Source: Acidobacteriota bacterium
GTDB taxonomy: Bacteria > Acidobacteriota > UBA890 > WLXD01
Assembly (NCBI GenBank): GCA_965205505.1
Contig: CBDBHB010000006.1
Span: 32,001-96,000, forward strand
Reading direction: 5' to 3'
DNA: 64,000 nucleotides
Part shown: positions 38,204-47,972 of the stretch, one piece after another
Layout: each line of letters starts with the position of its first letter
How positions within the stretch are numbered: the first letter of the stretch is position 1
Program-made: the position numbers and the translations under genes
Notes under the pieces: model-generated
Databases searched by the model: none
Seen by the model: the letters and a program-made list of their open reading frames with translations, nothing else
Told to the model about the DNA's origin: nothing

Positions 38204-38583
38204 TATTTGCTTCCCTGCGAGTCCTTCTCGAGGTGCTCGATAATCAGCGTGTACAGCGACTCGCGGTCGCTGAGGCCTTCTTCCAGCCCGTTCTCGAGGG
38301 CCCTGGCCAATTGCGCCGGGCTAACTCCGCGGTCCACGAGCCAGGCCCGCGAATCTTCCCATGTCGGAAGCCACGCAAAGCCGCTCGCCAGAATCTCGGC
38401 GCCTCCAGCCGCGGAGGCGGTCTGATTCGGGCTGGTGATCAGGTACACGCTGGCCTGAAACGGTGAGCCGGCCTTCATGACGCCATCGATGTCAAAAATA
38501 TAGTGACCTGGCTGCGGATCCCATTGAAGTCCGGCCCCGCGCAGGCGGGCTGCCATGGCGATCTCAGACTCTGTGAAGCGCAT
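38203..38583 (-). CDS. Hypothetical protein
   Basis: ATG after AGGAG; GLQWDPQPGH and WLPTWED motifs; coupled to the next gene. Confidence 0.7.
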   Translation of the reverse strand: MRFTESEIAMAARLRGAGLQWDPQPGHYIFDIDGVMKAGSPFQASVYLITSPNQTASAAGGAEILASGFAWLPTWEDSRAWLVDRGVSPAQLARALENGLEEGLSDRESLYTLIIEHLEKDSQGSK

Positions 38584-38717
38584 AGGCTCTCCTCGACACT
38601 AGATTGTAACAACCAGGGAAAACTCGTGCCCATCACAAGTAAGCACGGGATCGGGGCCGGGGCGCTGCCGGCGTGCGAAGCGACGCCGGCAGTCGCGCTC
38701 CGGTGGGCATCAGGGCG

Positions 38718-39143
38718 TCAGGGCGTCAGGGCGACCCCGACGCCGTGCCGAAATACTGCGCTGCCGCCGAGGTAGGCCGTGACCGCAAGCGCACCCACGC
38801 CGAGCAACGCCACCAACCAGTACAAGCTGCGGCCACGCTTTGGAAGCTGTCCCCTGGCAACGAGGCGCCACGCGGCGAGCGGCGCAAACGTCAACAATAC
38901 GATCCAACCACCGAGTCGGTGGCGGATTACAGTCGCCTCCGCGGCGCCGGCCGGTAGCGCAGCGCTGTGGGCAGCATAGCCCGAGAGCACCGCGAATGCC
39001 GCCGCCAGCGCGCCGAATACCAGCGTCCAGGACGCGACGATGCGAAGATCCCCTTCGTCTACCGTGCTGGCCAGCAAATCGCATAGAACCGATGTGGCCA
39101 GCAGCGCTACCGCGAAATCTACGACAACGGTGTGCGGTACCAA
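38718..39143 (-). CDS. DUF2231-like membrane protein
   Basis: HTVVVDFAVAL, four TM helices, TAYLGGSAVFRHGVGV. Confidence 0.78.
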   Translation of the reverse strand: MVPHTVVVDFAVALLATSVLCDLLASTVDEGDLRIVASWTLVFGALAAAFAVLSGYAAHSAALPAGAAEATVIRHRLGGWIVLLTFAPLAAWRLVARGQLPKRGRSLYWLVALLGVGALAVTAYLGGSAVFRHGVGVALTP

Positions 39144-39157
39144 TTCACCGCGGCCTG

Positions 39158-39553
39158 CTAGTTCTGTCCGAGCGACGCCTCGGCGCCGTTTGGATCGGCC
39201 ACCTTGAACACGCAGAGTGCCCGGGCCATCCCGGACACGGCGGTAGCGTATGCGTACTCGACGTTGATACCTGCCCCTGCCAGACGTACCGCGACCTTTC
39301 CCAGCGCGCCCGGCTCGTCGGATACCTCCACCGCCAGTACCTCGATAGTCGAAAACGGCAAGCTGGCGTTGCGAAGCACCTCCTCGGCGCCGTCGACGTC
39401 GTCCACAAGCATACGGACGACTCCATAGTCGCTACCCTCCGAGGTTGTCATGGCACGCAGGTCGATGCCGTTTGACTCCAGCGTGTTGCAGAGGGTCGCC
39501 AGGCGGCCGGGGACATTCTCCAGAAAAACGCTGATTTGTCGCAGAACGGGCAT
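39158..39553 (-). CDS. Tandem ACT-domain protein
   Basis: QISVFLENVPGRLA; DEPGALGKV...GINVEYAYA. Confidence 0.88.
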   Translation of the reverse strand: MPVLRQISVFLENVPGRLATLCNTLESNGIDLRAMTTSEGSDYGVVRMLVDDVDGAEEVLRNASLPFSTIEVLAVEVSDEPGALGKVAVRLAGAGINVEYAYATAVSGMARALCVFKVADPNGAEASLGQN

Positions 39554-39608
39554 CTGAGAAGACCTTGTCGCTCGTTGGAGTGCTCGAAAGGAATGCAGTG
39601 CGGAGAGT

Positions 39609-40286
39609 CTATCCTGAGACACGTTCCACGAACACGCCGCCCGCGGCCGCTAGACCCAGATGGCAGATGCGGCTGCCGACTCGTACCGTCACGGGATGGT
39701 CCTGTGATCCACGATCGACGATCTCCAGCTTCACATCGGGTCGCACACCGAGCTCACCAAGGTAACGCAGCAGGTCGGCGTCGCCGTCGATTACCCGGCG
39801 CACGATCGCCGTCTCTCCGATCTCCAGCTCGGACAATGTCGGATACTCGGGCTCGTCCATCGATCCGTCGCTGGCCGGTATGGGTGCGCCGTGCGGATCA
39901 GTGCCCGGACTCTGCAGCAGACGATCGAGCGCCGCTACAAAACGCTGGCTTACTGCGTGCTCGAGGCGTTCGGCTTCAGCGTGAACCTCGTCCCACGGGT
40001 ACTCGAGGTACTCGCTCAGAAAGCGCTCAATCAGCCGATGGCGCCGGATCATCCGTCGAGCCAGGCGTTCGCCGTCGGCGGTCAGAATCACGCCTCGATA
40101 GGGTTCGTGCTCGACCAAAGCGAGTGTTGCAAGCCGGCGCATCATGTTGCTGACCGACGCGGGCCGCACTTCCAGCCGTTCGGCGATCGCCGACGTCTGT
40201 ACCGGAGCTGTGCCGCTGCCGAGCTCGAAGATCGCCTTGATGTAGTCCTCGATTGACTCGGACGAAATCAACGCGTCCTCGCTCAC
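39609..40286 (-). CDS. DtxR/MntR-family metal-dependent regulator
   Basis: EDYIKAI, RRHRLIERFL, VHAEAERLEH, DPHGAPIP, C-terminal FeoA-like domain. Confidence 0.92.
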   Translation of the reverse strand: MSEDALISSESIEDYIKAIFELGSGTAPVQTSAIAERLEVRPASVSNMMRRLATLALVEHEPYRGVILTADGERLARRMIRRHRLIERFLSEYLEYPWDEVHAEAERLEHAVSQRFVAALDRLLQSPGTDPHGAPIPASDGSMDEPEYPTLSELEIGETAIVRRVIDGDADLLRYLGELGVRPDVKLEIVDRGSQDHPVTVRVGSRICHLGLAAAGGVFVERVSG

Positions 40287-41851
40287 GAGTCACTGGGGTC
40301 GGTGAACACGGCAGGCTGATCATCCCATCCGCCAACCGCGAAGTCTTCACCGATGGCTTTTACCGTCACGGTATTCGTTGTCCCTGGGCCACCCACCGGG
40401 AATCCGGCGGTGATCACCACGAGATCACCCTCGTGCAGCAGACCCTCGTCACGGGCGGTCGCCTCGGCCTCGGCCAGCATCGCTTCGTGGGTTGGAACCT
40501 CGCGTCCCGGCAACGGGATCACGCCCCAGGTCAGCGTCAGCCTTCCCACCGTTGCCGGGTGCGTGCTGATCGCGAGGATTGGCTGACGCGGTCGGAACTC
40601 TGCCATCTTGATAGCTGTGCTCCCGGTGCGTGTCGGAACCAGAATCGCGGCTGGGTCCAGGAGGCGAGCGACCAGCGCCGCCGCTGCAGCGACCACGTCG
40701 GGTACCGAGCCGCGACGCTCCGCCGATAGTTTCCGGTCGACCTCCGGCCCCTCCATGTCGCGCTCGGTGGCCAGGCAGATACGGCGCATGATGTTCACTG
40801 CACGCACCGGGTTGGAGCCGATCGCGGTCTCCTCCGACAGCATCACGGCGTCGGTTCCGTCGTACAGCGCGTTCGCCACATCCGTGGCTTCGGCACGCGT
40901 TGGTCGCGTGGCCGTTACCATCGATCGCAGCATCTGAGTAGCGGTGATTACCGGCTTTCCGGCGGCGTTTGCGCTCCGGATGATTTGTTTCTGTGCTCGC
41001 GGTACCTCCTCCAGAGGTATCTCTACCGCCAGATCGCCGCGCGCCACGAGCAATCCGTCAGCCTGTTCGATGATCCCCGGCAGATTCTGCATCGCCTCGT
41101 GCTTTTCGATCTTGGCGATCACCGACAAATTACCACCGTGTTCGAGGATCACGCTGCGTGCCAGCTCGACGTCGGCGCTGCTGCGCACGAACGACAGCGC
41201 TATGAAGTCGACCCCGACCGCCACGCCGAGTGCGATCGCGTCTCGGTCAGCGGGTGTGATGGTGGGCAAAGAAAGGGTCCTGGTGGGAAAGTTCATGCCC
41301 TTGTGGCTGGAGACGGGCCCACCGGAGTTCACGCGGCAGTTCACTGCCGTGCTATCGGTCGATTCCACCTCGAGCTCGACATCGCCGTCGCCGATGAATA
41401 TCCAGTCGCCGGGCTCCATCTCGTCCGGCAGCCGAGCGTAGCTGACCGAGATCTCGCCGGCGTTTCCCGGCGCGTCGCCGGGTATGAGTCGCACAACGGA
41501 GCCACTATCCAGAAAGATGGGTCCGTCGGGGATGTCGCCGATCCGGAGCTTGGGACCCGGAATATCCAGCATGATGCCGATGGGGCGCTTCCGTTCGGCG
41601 GAGATCGCACGGATGAGCTTGACAGTACGGCGATGCCATTCCGGCTCTCCGTGGGAGAAATTCAACCGCGCCACGTCCATGCCAGCGTCGATGAGAGCTT
41701 CGAGCTGGTCTCGCTCCTGCGTTGCCGGGCCGATCGTGCAGACGATCTTGGTCCGGCGCGTTTGCCCGACGCTTCGCTTCACCACGTTCGCTCCAGTACC
41801 GACTCGCCGTGCGGGCGAGGTGCCAACATCGATCCCTACGGTAGGCTCCAC
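40283..41851 (-). CDS. pyk: Pyruvate kinase
   Basis: TKIVCTIGPA, ARLNFSHG, IAKIEK, VARGDL, ATQML, DAVMLSEETA. Confidence 0.96.
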   Translation of the reverse strand: MEPTVGIDVGTSPARRVGTGANVVKRSVGQTRRTKIVCTIGPATQERDQLEALIDAGMDVARLNFSHGEPEWHRRTVKLIRAISAERKRPIGIMLDIPGPKLRIGDIPDGPIFLDSGSVVRLIPGDAPGNAGEISVSYARLPDEMEPGDWIFIGDGDVELEVESTDSTAVNCRVNSGGPVSSHKGMNFPTRTLSLPTITPADRDAIALGVAVGVDFIALSFVRSSADVELARSVILEHGGNLSVIAKIEKHEAMQNLPGIIEQADGLLVARGDLAVEIPLEEVPRAQKQIIRSANAAGKPVITATQMLRSMVTATRPTRAEATDVANALYDGTDAVMLSEETAIGSNPVRAVNIMRRICLATERDMEGPEVDRKLSAERRGSVPDVVAAAAALVARLLDPAAILVPTRTGSTAIKMAEFRPRQPILAISTHPATVGRLTLTWGVIPLPGREVPTHEAMLAEAEATARDEGLLHEGDLVVITAGFPVGGPGTTNTVTVKAIGEDFAVGGWDDQPAVFTDPSDS

Positions 41852-42198
41852 GGTTCGATTGTATCGACCAGCTGAACTTTGAAGCGGCGTGGGTAGTCGG
41901 CCGGAACGCGCAGCCAGACCGCCACCATCTGCGGCCGACCCTCCTGCACATCGACGAGGCGTACCTCGCCCGCGAAGAACCGTCGCCCGTCCGAATGCGA
42001 TTGCAGCGCGTCCCAGACGACGGTCCCGAGACTATCGATCCACAGACGCTGGATCTCCAGGATCACACCTCTCAGGTTCAGCACTGTCTCGGGTAGAACG
42101 CGGCAAGGACAAAAGCGGATCGTGTGACCGCGCACTACATCCTCGATCACGAGCTCATCGATACGTGCGTACGTGCGTCTACTGACTGGCTCCAGCAT
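41836..42198 (-). CDS. Hypothetical protein
   Basis: Fills the gap between the HAD gene and pyk with overlapping ends; GGAGG upstream of ATG 42198. Confidence 0.55.
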   Translation of the reverse strand: MLEPVSRRTYARIDELVIEDVVRGHTIRFCPCRVLPETVLNLRGVILEIQRLWIDSLGTVVWDALQSHSDGRRFFAGEVRLVDVQEGRPQMVAVWLRVPADYPRRFKVQLVDTIEPWSLP

Positions 42199-42919
42199 CT
42201 CCTCCACCGGCGGTCGCTCGTTCCACACCAAACAGTGCCGCGAGCTCGTTCAGGCTTGCTATCGTGTGACTCGGCTGGTCGTTCTCGGTCTGCGGTCTCA
42301 GGCGGCGGAACTCGCCGTGTTGCATCCAGATCGTCGTCATCCCGAGCCTATTGCCGTCGCGAATCTCGCCGATCAGTCGGTCACCCACACAAATACAATG
42401 CTGCGGTGCCAGCGCGTGGTCCGCAACCAGCTCCCTGAATGCGTTGCGTTTGCTTTCGCCGGCGATCGACGACACCAGCCGTACGGCGCGGAAGAAACGG
42501 GTGATCGCTAGTCGTTCGAGCTTCCGTTGCTGGGTTTGCGGGTCGCCGGCGGTTACCAGGAACAGCGCGTGTCTGGGAGCGAGCGCTTCCAGCAGGTCCC
42601 GGCCGCCGGGGAGAAGACGTAGCGCCGTGACATCGGTAGTGAAGTAGGTACGCCGGCCGATCTCGATGATCGCCGAATCTCCGCCGCTGATCGACCCGAA
42701 GCGCTCCAGCGCGACGGCGAAGTAGTCTGCTCCTTCGCCGTGCTCGGCGAGTCGCCACATGAACTCTGCGGCCGTCGATTCGTCGGTATCGAGCCCGGCG
42801 GCGACCATGCGCGCGGCAGCTTGCTGCAACGCCGGACCGACCAGCGTTCCGAGCGTGTCGGCCAGGGTGTCGTCGAGATCGAAGAAAACAGCGTCGGCGC
42901 GGCGGAGTCGAAATGCCAT
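42179..42919 (-). CDS. HAD-superfamily hydrolase
   Basis: FFDLDDTL, LVTAG, CVGDR..EI..GNRLG. Confidence 0.88.
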   Translation of the reverse strand: MAFRLRRADAVFFDLDDTLADTLGTLVGPALQQAAARMVAAGLDTDESTAAEFMWRLAEHGEGADYFAVALERFGSISGGDSAIIEIGRRTYFTTDVTALRLLPGGRDLLEALAPRHALFLVTAGDPQTQQRKLERLAITRFFRAVRLVSSIAGESKRNAFRELVADHALAPQHCICVGDRLIGEIRDGNRLGMTTIWMQHGEFRRLRPQTENDQPSHTIASLNELAALFGVERATAGGGDAGASQ

Positions 42920-42996
42920 ACCATAGGATGGACGAGGCCATACGAGCACGGCAAACTCCGCCTCCCCGACGAACTGAACAGGCTGATGGAGGCTCC

Positions 42997-45318
42997 ATGC
43001 CCAGCCGGCGCACGTCTCGTGCCACCAAGTCGCTCCTTTTGGTGGGGCTCCTCCTGGTCGATACGGCCGCCGTCGCCGCTCAGCAGGCGCCGACAGCGTT
43101 GCGGCTGCTCGAGCTCGCCGATTACTACGAGATGGTCCGCACCGGTGACATCGAGGCCAGCCTCGACGGTCGACGTGTCGTTTTCTCGCGCACGCGTATG
43201 GACCGCGTTGCCGACGCCAGCGTGACCTCGTTGTGGGAGATGAGCCCTAGCGGTAGTGGCTTGCGCCGTCTCGTAGAGCCAGGGTCGCATCCGCGTCTGT
43301 CACCCGACGGCTCGTGGCTGGCGTACCTGCAAGACTCTCAAGTCTGGCTGCTGCCATTGAACGGTGGCGCGCCTTGGCGGCTGACCGACTTAGCGGAAGG
43401 AGTGACCGATTTCGCTTGGAGTCCGGATAGTGACCGCATCGTACTGGTGAGTCAGGAGTCCCGGGCACCGGGTCCTACGGCGTTGCCGATGCCCGGCGCC
43501 GTAGCCGAGCCGACTGCCACCGCGAAGCTGCTAGCGCCTGACCCGCCTGCGCTAGCGGAGCGACGCACGCTGCCCTGGGTAGTAATGCGGCTGCAGTCCA
43601 GACCCCACGGCATCGGGTACCTGAGCGCGCGGCGATATCATTTGTTCGTGGCTGACGTTCCTGACCACGCGGCGGCCCCGCTGCCGGTTCGTCGCCTCAC
43701 CGAAGGTCCGCAGGACGGCGCCTCGCCCACCTGGTCGGCTGACGGCCGATGGATCGCGTTCGTCTCGAACCGATCGGAGGAATCCGCCGTTGGCAACAAG
43801 TCAGAGATCTGGCTGGTGAGCCCGGAGGGCGAGCAGCCGATTCGGGTCACCAATAGCAGCGGAACCGAGGCTGTACCCGCTTGGTCGCCCGACAGCCGGT
43901 TCCTGGCCTATCGGTATACCCCCGACGACCCGCCCCTCTACGCCAACAGCCGATTGCGCATGATCGGTCTGTACCCCCCACAAGGCGAGGACGACGATGG
44001 TTCTGCGCCCGCCGAGCTTCAGATCGGAGAGCCACAGGAACTAACCGCCGAGATCGATCGCCCGATCGCTTCCGCGCCAGCCTGGTCTTCCGATCGGGCA
44101 ACGATCTATGTGACGATTCAGGACCGCGGGACCGTGCCGTTGTTGCAAGTGTCCACCGGCTTGACGCGTCTTGGTGAGCGCCGTCGCGGGTTCCTGGGTA
44201 TCGGGCGTCGTCGCGCCGCGCCAGCCGTTCCGGCAGGCACTGCGGGCGCCATTATCGCCGGACCGCGCGTGGTCGGCGCATTCACTCTCATCGGCGATGG
44301 ATCCCGGGTGCTGGCCGAGCTCTCGTGGGGAACCGAGCCAGCAGAGATCTACGCGGTTGCCACCGACGCGCAGCGGACGGCCGTACCATTGCGCGATCCG
44401 AACGCGCATATGCGACCCACCGCCTTGCCGCCGGCGGTCGATCTGGTACAACTCACGGAGCTCAACCAGCGGTGGCGTCGGACCATGCGGCTCGCGGAGC
44501 CGGAGCCGCTTCGCTTTTCTAGCGGCGAGGAGACGGTCATAGAAGGCTGGCTCATGCGGCCGCTGGACGCTGCCGAGGGTGCGCGACACGCGCTCATCGT
44601 TCGCCTGCACGGTGGTCCGATGGATCAGTTCACCTGGGCATTCTCCTGGGAGCGCCAGTGGCTCGTGGCGCAGGGCTATGCGGTGCTCTTTCTGAACCCG
44701 CGAGGCTCATCCGGGTACGGACAGGCGTTCGCGCATAGCCTGTGGACCGAGTGGGGAGGCGCCGATCTCGACGATGTGCTCGCCGGGGTGGATCACCTGC
44801 AGCAGCGCGAAGCGATCGACCCTGAACGGATCGGCGTTGGCGGCTCGTCCTATGGTGGAATCCTGACCAACTACTTGATCGCCAAGAGCGGCCGTTTCGC
44901 TGCCGCGATCTCGGGTGCCTCGGAGCCCGACAACTTCGCCTACTACGGCACCGACGAGTTGCGGCGCTGGTTTGAGCGAGAGCTCGGGCTCCCCTACGAG
45001 CCCGCCGTACGTGGGATCTACGAGCTGCTGGCGCCGATTCTCGCGGTTGACGACATTGTTACCCCGACGATGTTCATGCTCGGCGAGAACGACTGGCGTG
45101 CGCCCGCGTCGCTCAGCGAGGGCATGTTCGCCCGGCTACGCCGGCGAATGCTCGATGGCGGGCCCGACACCGGGCTGATTATCTATCCGGATGACGCCGA
45201 TCCGGTTGGCAAGCCGTCGTTCGTTATCGATCGATGGCGTCGGTACAAGGCGTGGTTCGACCGCCACCTGCTTGGCGACGACACGGCCGACCCGTTCTTC
45301 GGTGCAGGCGCCTGGTAG
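42997..45318 (+). CDS. S9-family (acylaminoacyl/dipeptidyl) peptidase homologue
   Basis: Signal peptide, WSPD propeller repeats, LHGGP, NPRGSSGYG, GSSYGG, GEND; expected catalytic His appears to be replaced. Confidence 0.88.
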   Translation: MPSRRTSRATKSLLLVGLLLVDTAAVAAQQAPTALRLLELADYYEMVRTGDIEASLDGRRVVFSRTRMDRVADASVTSLWEMSPSGSGLRRLVEPGSHPRLSPDGSWLAYLQDSQVWLLPLNGGAPWRLTDLAEGVTDFAWSPDSDRIVLVSQESRAPGPTALPMPGAVAEPTATAKLLAPDPPALAERRTLPWVVMRLQSRPHGIGYLSARRYHLFVADVPDHAAAPLPVRRLTEGPQDGASPTWSADGRWIAFVSNRSEESAVGNKSEIWLVSPEGEQPIRVTNSSGTEAVPAWSPDSRFLAYRYTPDDPPLYANSRLRMIGLYPPQGEDDDGSAPAELQIGEPQELTAEIDRPIASAPAWSSDRATIYVTIQDRGTVPLLQVSTGLTRLGERRRGFLGIGRRRAAPAVPAGTAGAIIAGPRVVGAFTLIGDGSRVLAELSWGTEPAEIYAVATDAQRTAVPLRDPNAHMRPTALPPAVDLVQLTELNQRWRRTMRLAEPEPLRFSSGEETVIEGWLMRPLDAAEGARHALIVRLHGGPMDQFTWAFSWERQWLVAQGYAVLFLNPRGSSGYGQAFAHSLWTEWGGADLDDVLAGVDHLQQREAIDPERIGVGGSSYGGILTNYLIAKSGRFAAAISGASEPDNFAYYGTDELRRWFERELGLPYEPAVRGIYELLAPILAVDDIVTPTMFMLGENDWRAPASLSEGMFARLRRRMLDGGPDTGLIIYPDDADPVGKPSFVIDRWRRYKAWFDRHLLGDDTADPFFGAGAW

Positions 45319-45348
45319 CCGGCGCGCTAGCTGTGCATTCCGAGGACG

Positions 45349-47970
45349 TCAGGCGTGCGCTGGCAGAGCGCGTATGTGAGCATCCGGTGCGTTGGTCTCG
45401 AAGGTTCTCACCAGATGACGATGGCAGGTAAACGCGAGAATCTGGTGCCCCTCGCTGGCGTAGAGACTCAACAGCGCAGCGGTGGCGCTCGCGCGGTCGT
45501 CGTCGAAGTTCACCAGGATGTCGTCGGCTACCAGGGGTAAGGGAACCGCCTGGTTACCGTAGACCTTGGCGAGCGCAAGCCGCATGGCGAGATACAGTTG
45601 CTCACCGGTGCCGCGTGATAGCGCGCTCGGGGGCAGGCGATCGCCGCGCTCTTGCTCGACCTCCAGCCGGTTCTCGCCCAGAGGCGCGATGACGCGCGTG
45701 TATCGGCCGTCGGTCATCAACTGGAAATAGCGGCTCGCGAGGCGTACAACCTCGGGCTGTCGCTCGGCTTCATACTTGCGCTTGGCCTCATCGTAGAGTG
45801 CCGCGCAAACGGCGTGCCCGGCCCATTCGTGCAGCCGCTCGACAAGGTCGGTACGCTGTGTTTCGCGAGCTTGTAGCAAGTTTGGCAGCTCGACGTCATT
45901 TTCCAGATCGTCGCTTTGCTGGCGCAGCGCGCCGAGACTTTCGTTGATCGCATCACGGTCTGCGCGTGCCGACACCAGGTGGCCCTGGGCTTCACCGAGG
46001 GCGCGAGCGAGGCTGTCTGGATTCGTGGCCTCGAGGCGTCGTTGGAACTCTGCCGCACCCTCCTCTCCGGCGAGGGCACGCAGGCCAGCGCGCGCGCGTG
46101 CGTACTCGTCGAGGACGTGTCTAATGCGCTCGCGATTCTCCTCCACCGCCTCGACTTCGGCCTGCAGCTCTCCGATGGTGCTCAACAGCGGGTCGACCAT
46201 CTTCAGCGTGTCATAGCGCAGGTCCATCGCCTGCCGGTCGAGCTGTTCCAGAACCGACAGAACTGTCATACAGGCTCGCTGTAGCTCCGCCATGGCGGTA
46301 TCTACGGTGGTCTCCGCGGCCTGCGCGCGGCGGTCCTTGTCCTGGCTCTGACGCAACCGGTCCAGCAGGTCCAGTGCGCCCTGGGTTCTTAGTCCCCGGG
46401 GCAACCCCTGCTCGCGTAACCAGTCATTCCATTCGTCGGAAACCGTCGCCAGGGCGTCGTTGGCGTCGTTGTGGCACTGCCAGAGGTCGGCCTCGCGCCG
46501 AGCGGCGAGCGATTGGTCGGAACGACGGTGCCGTAGCCCGCGCTGGTACAACCAGGTCATCAAGATCCCGAGCAGCAGGCCTACGGACAGGATTCCGAGG
46601 CTGCTTGTGAGACGCGCCGGCGCCGGAACCAGAATCGCGGTCGCCGTGATCGCTGCGGCGATCAACCCCCAGGTCGACAGGAGGGTGCCGCGACCGATCT
46701 GCTCGCGGTTCTCGAGCATCGCCTGGTAGACGAGGTTGGCGTCGGTGGCGCGCGCGTCGGCGGTTCGGATCCGGGTCTCCGCTTCCTGGAAGCGTTCGCT
46801 CCATTGCCGAATCTCGTCGCGCACGGTTACGTCGGTGCGCGCTGCTCTAACGCGATCGAGAGACCATTCGCCGCCCATTTCCTCCAGGTCGTTGAACAGC
46901 GCGTGGCGAAGGTGTCGGGCCTCGCGCTGGCGCGCGTCCACCGTTGCATGAAGCTCCCGCAGCCGCTCGGCGTTGCTCATCAAGCCGCGAATGCGGCTGG
47001 CTTGTGTGAGCAGCGCCCGCTGCGCCGCCGACATCAGATCGAGCACCTCGACCCGCTCGGCGGCGGAGAGGTCGGACGATGCTTCCTCGACCGCAACTCC
47101 CGCCCCGCCCGCCGAGCTGGACGCGTTCTCGTTGGCCTGGGTCCGCACAACGTTTCCAATCTGCAGACGCGTAGGTGCGACCCCCACCGCCTCGAAGGTC
47201 GCTTCAGCCTCGAGCAGCTTTTGGTACTGCGGCCAGGCGGTTTCCAGGCGCGCGAGGTCGTCGTACTCTTCTTGGCGCCGCTCCAACGTCGCGTGGTGTT
47301 GTGCCCGACGTTCGAGTAAACGCTTGCGTCGCCTGGCGAGCTCGGCATGCGCGTCGGCATTTCGCTGGCGGTTTCCGAGTCGATCCTGCGTTGCCTCGAT
47401 ATCGTTCAGTAGGCGCGAGATTTCCGGCTTCTTGCCGCGCGGTCGATAGAGTCGTTCCAGCGCCTCCTGAATTTGCTGACGAAAGGCGACTGGGTTGAGC
47501 GTACCGGCTCCCATTCCGGCGCTGTAGATATGTCCGGCGACGTCCTCGGCCTGCAGCGTGTCGAGGCGTTGGAGCTCCTCGAGGCCGAATGCGAATACGT
47601 TCTCGTACAGCGTCTCGGTGGTATTTTGCAGCAACGATTCAAGCTTACCGGTCTCGAACTTCTTTCCATTCTCGCCTGTTACCATCGCCTCGCCGCGCGA
47701 AGTGCCGTCGTCGATGCGGGAGACTCGGTAGCCGGTGCCACTCGTCTCGAAGTCGATGAACCCGCCGTGTCGGCCGCCTCGTAGCGGCTCGTATCGGTGT
47801 GGGTCACCGCGCCGCTTGAAGCCGAACAAGACTGCGCGAATGAAAGCCATCAGCGTTGACTTGCCACCTTCGTTGGGTGCCAAAAAAACGTTCACGCCCG
47901 GGCTCAGATCCGATAAATCGAGGTCGTGCCAGACTCCGAAGCCGTCGATGCGTACCCCACGGAAGACCAC
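45349..47970 (-). CDS. YhaN-like (AAA_27) SMC-like coiled-coil ATPase
   Basis: APNEGGKST, long coiled coils, LSRGTGEQLYLAMRLA, DDILVNFD. Confidence 0.88.
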   Translation of the reverse strand: MVFRGVRIDGFGVWHDLDLSDLSPGVNVFLAPNEGGKSTLMAFIRAVLFGFKRRGDPHRYEPLRGGRHGGFIDFETSGTGYRVSRIDDGTSRGEAMVTGENGKKFETGKLESLLQNTTETLYENVFAFGLEELQRLDTLQAEDVAGHIYSAGMGAGTLNPVAFRQQIQEALERLYRPRGKKPEISRLLNDIEATQDRLGNRQRNADAHAELARRRKRLLERRAQHHATLERRQEEYDDLARLETAWPQYQKLLEAEATFEAVGVAPTRLQIGNVVRTQANENASSSAGGAGVAVEEASSDLSAAERVEVLDLMSAAQRALLTQASRIRGLMSNAERLRELHATVDARQREARHLRHALFNDLEEMGGEWSLDRVRAARTDVTVRDEIRQWSERFQEAETRIRTADARATDANLVYQAMLENREQIGRGTLLSTWGLIAAAITATAILVPAPARLTSSLGILSVGLLLGILMTWLYQRGLRHRRSDQSLAARREADLWQCHNDANDALATVSDEWNDWLREQGLPRGLRTQGALDLLDRLRQSQDKDRRAQAAETTVDTAMAELQRACMTVLSVLEQLDRQAMDLRYDTLKMVDPLLSTIGELQAEVEAVEENRERIRHVLDEYARARAGLRALAGEEGAAEFQRRLEATNPDSLARALGEAQGHLVSARADRDAINESLGALRQQSDDLENDVELPNLLQARETQRTDLVERLHEWAGHAVCAALYDEAKRKYEAERQPEVVRLASRYFQLMTDGRYTRVIAPLGENRLEVEQERGDRLPPSALSRGTGEQLYLAMRLALAKVYGNQAVPLPLVADDILVNFDDDRASATAALLSLYASEGHQILAFTCHRHLVRTFETNAPDAHIRALPAHA

Positions 47971-47972
47971 CG

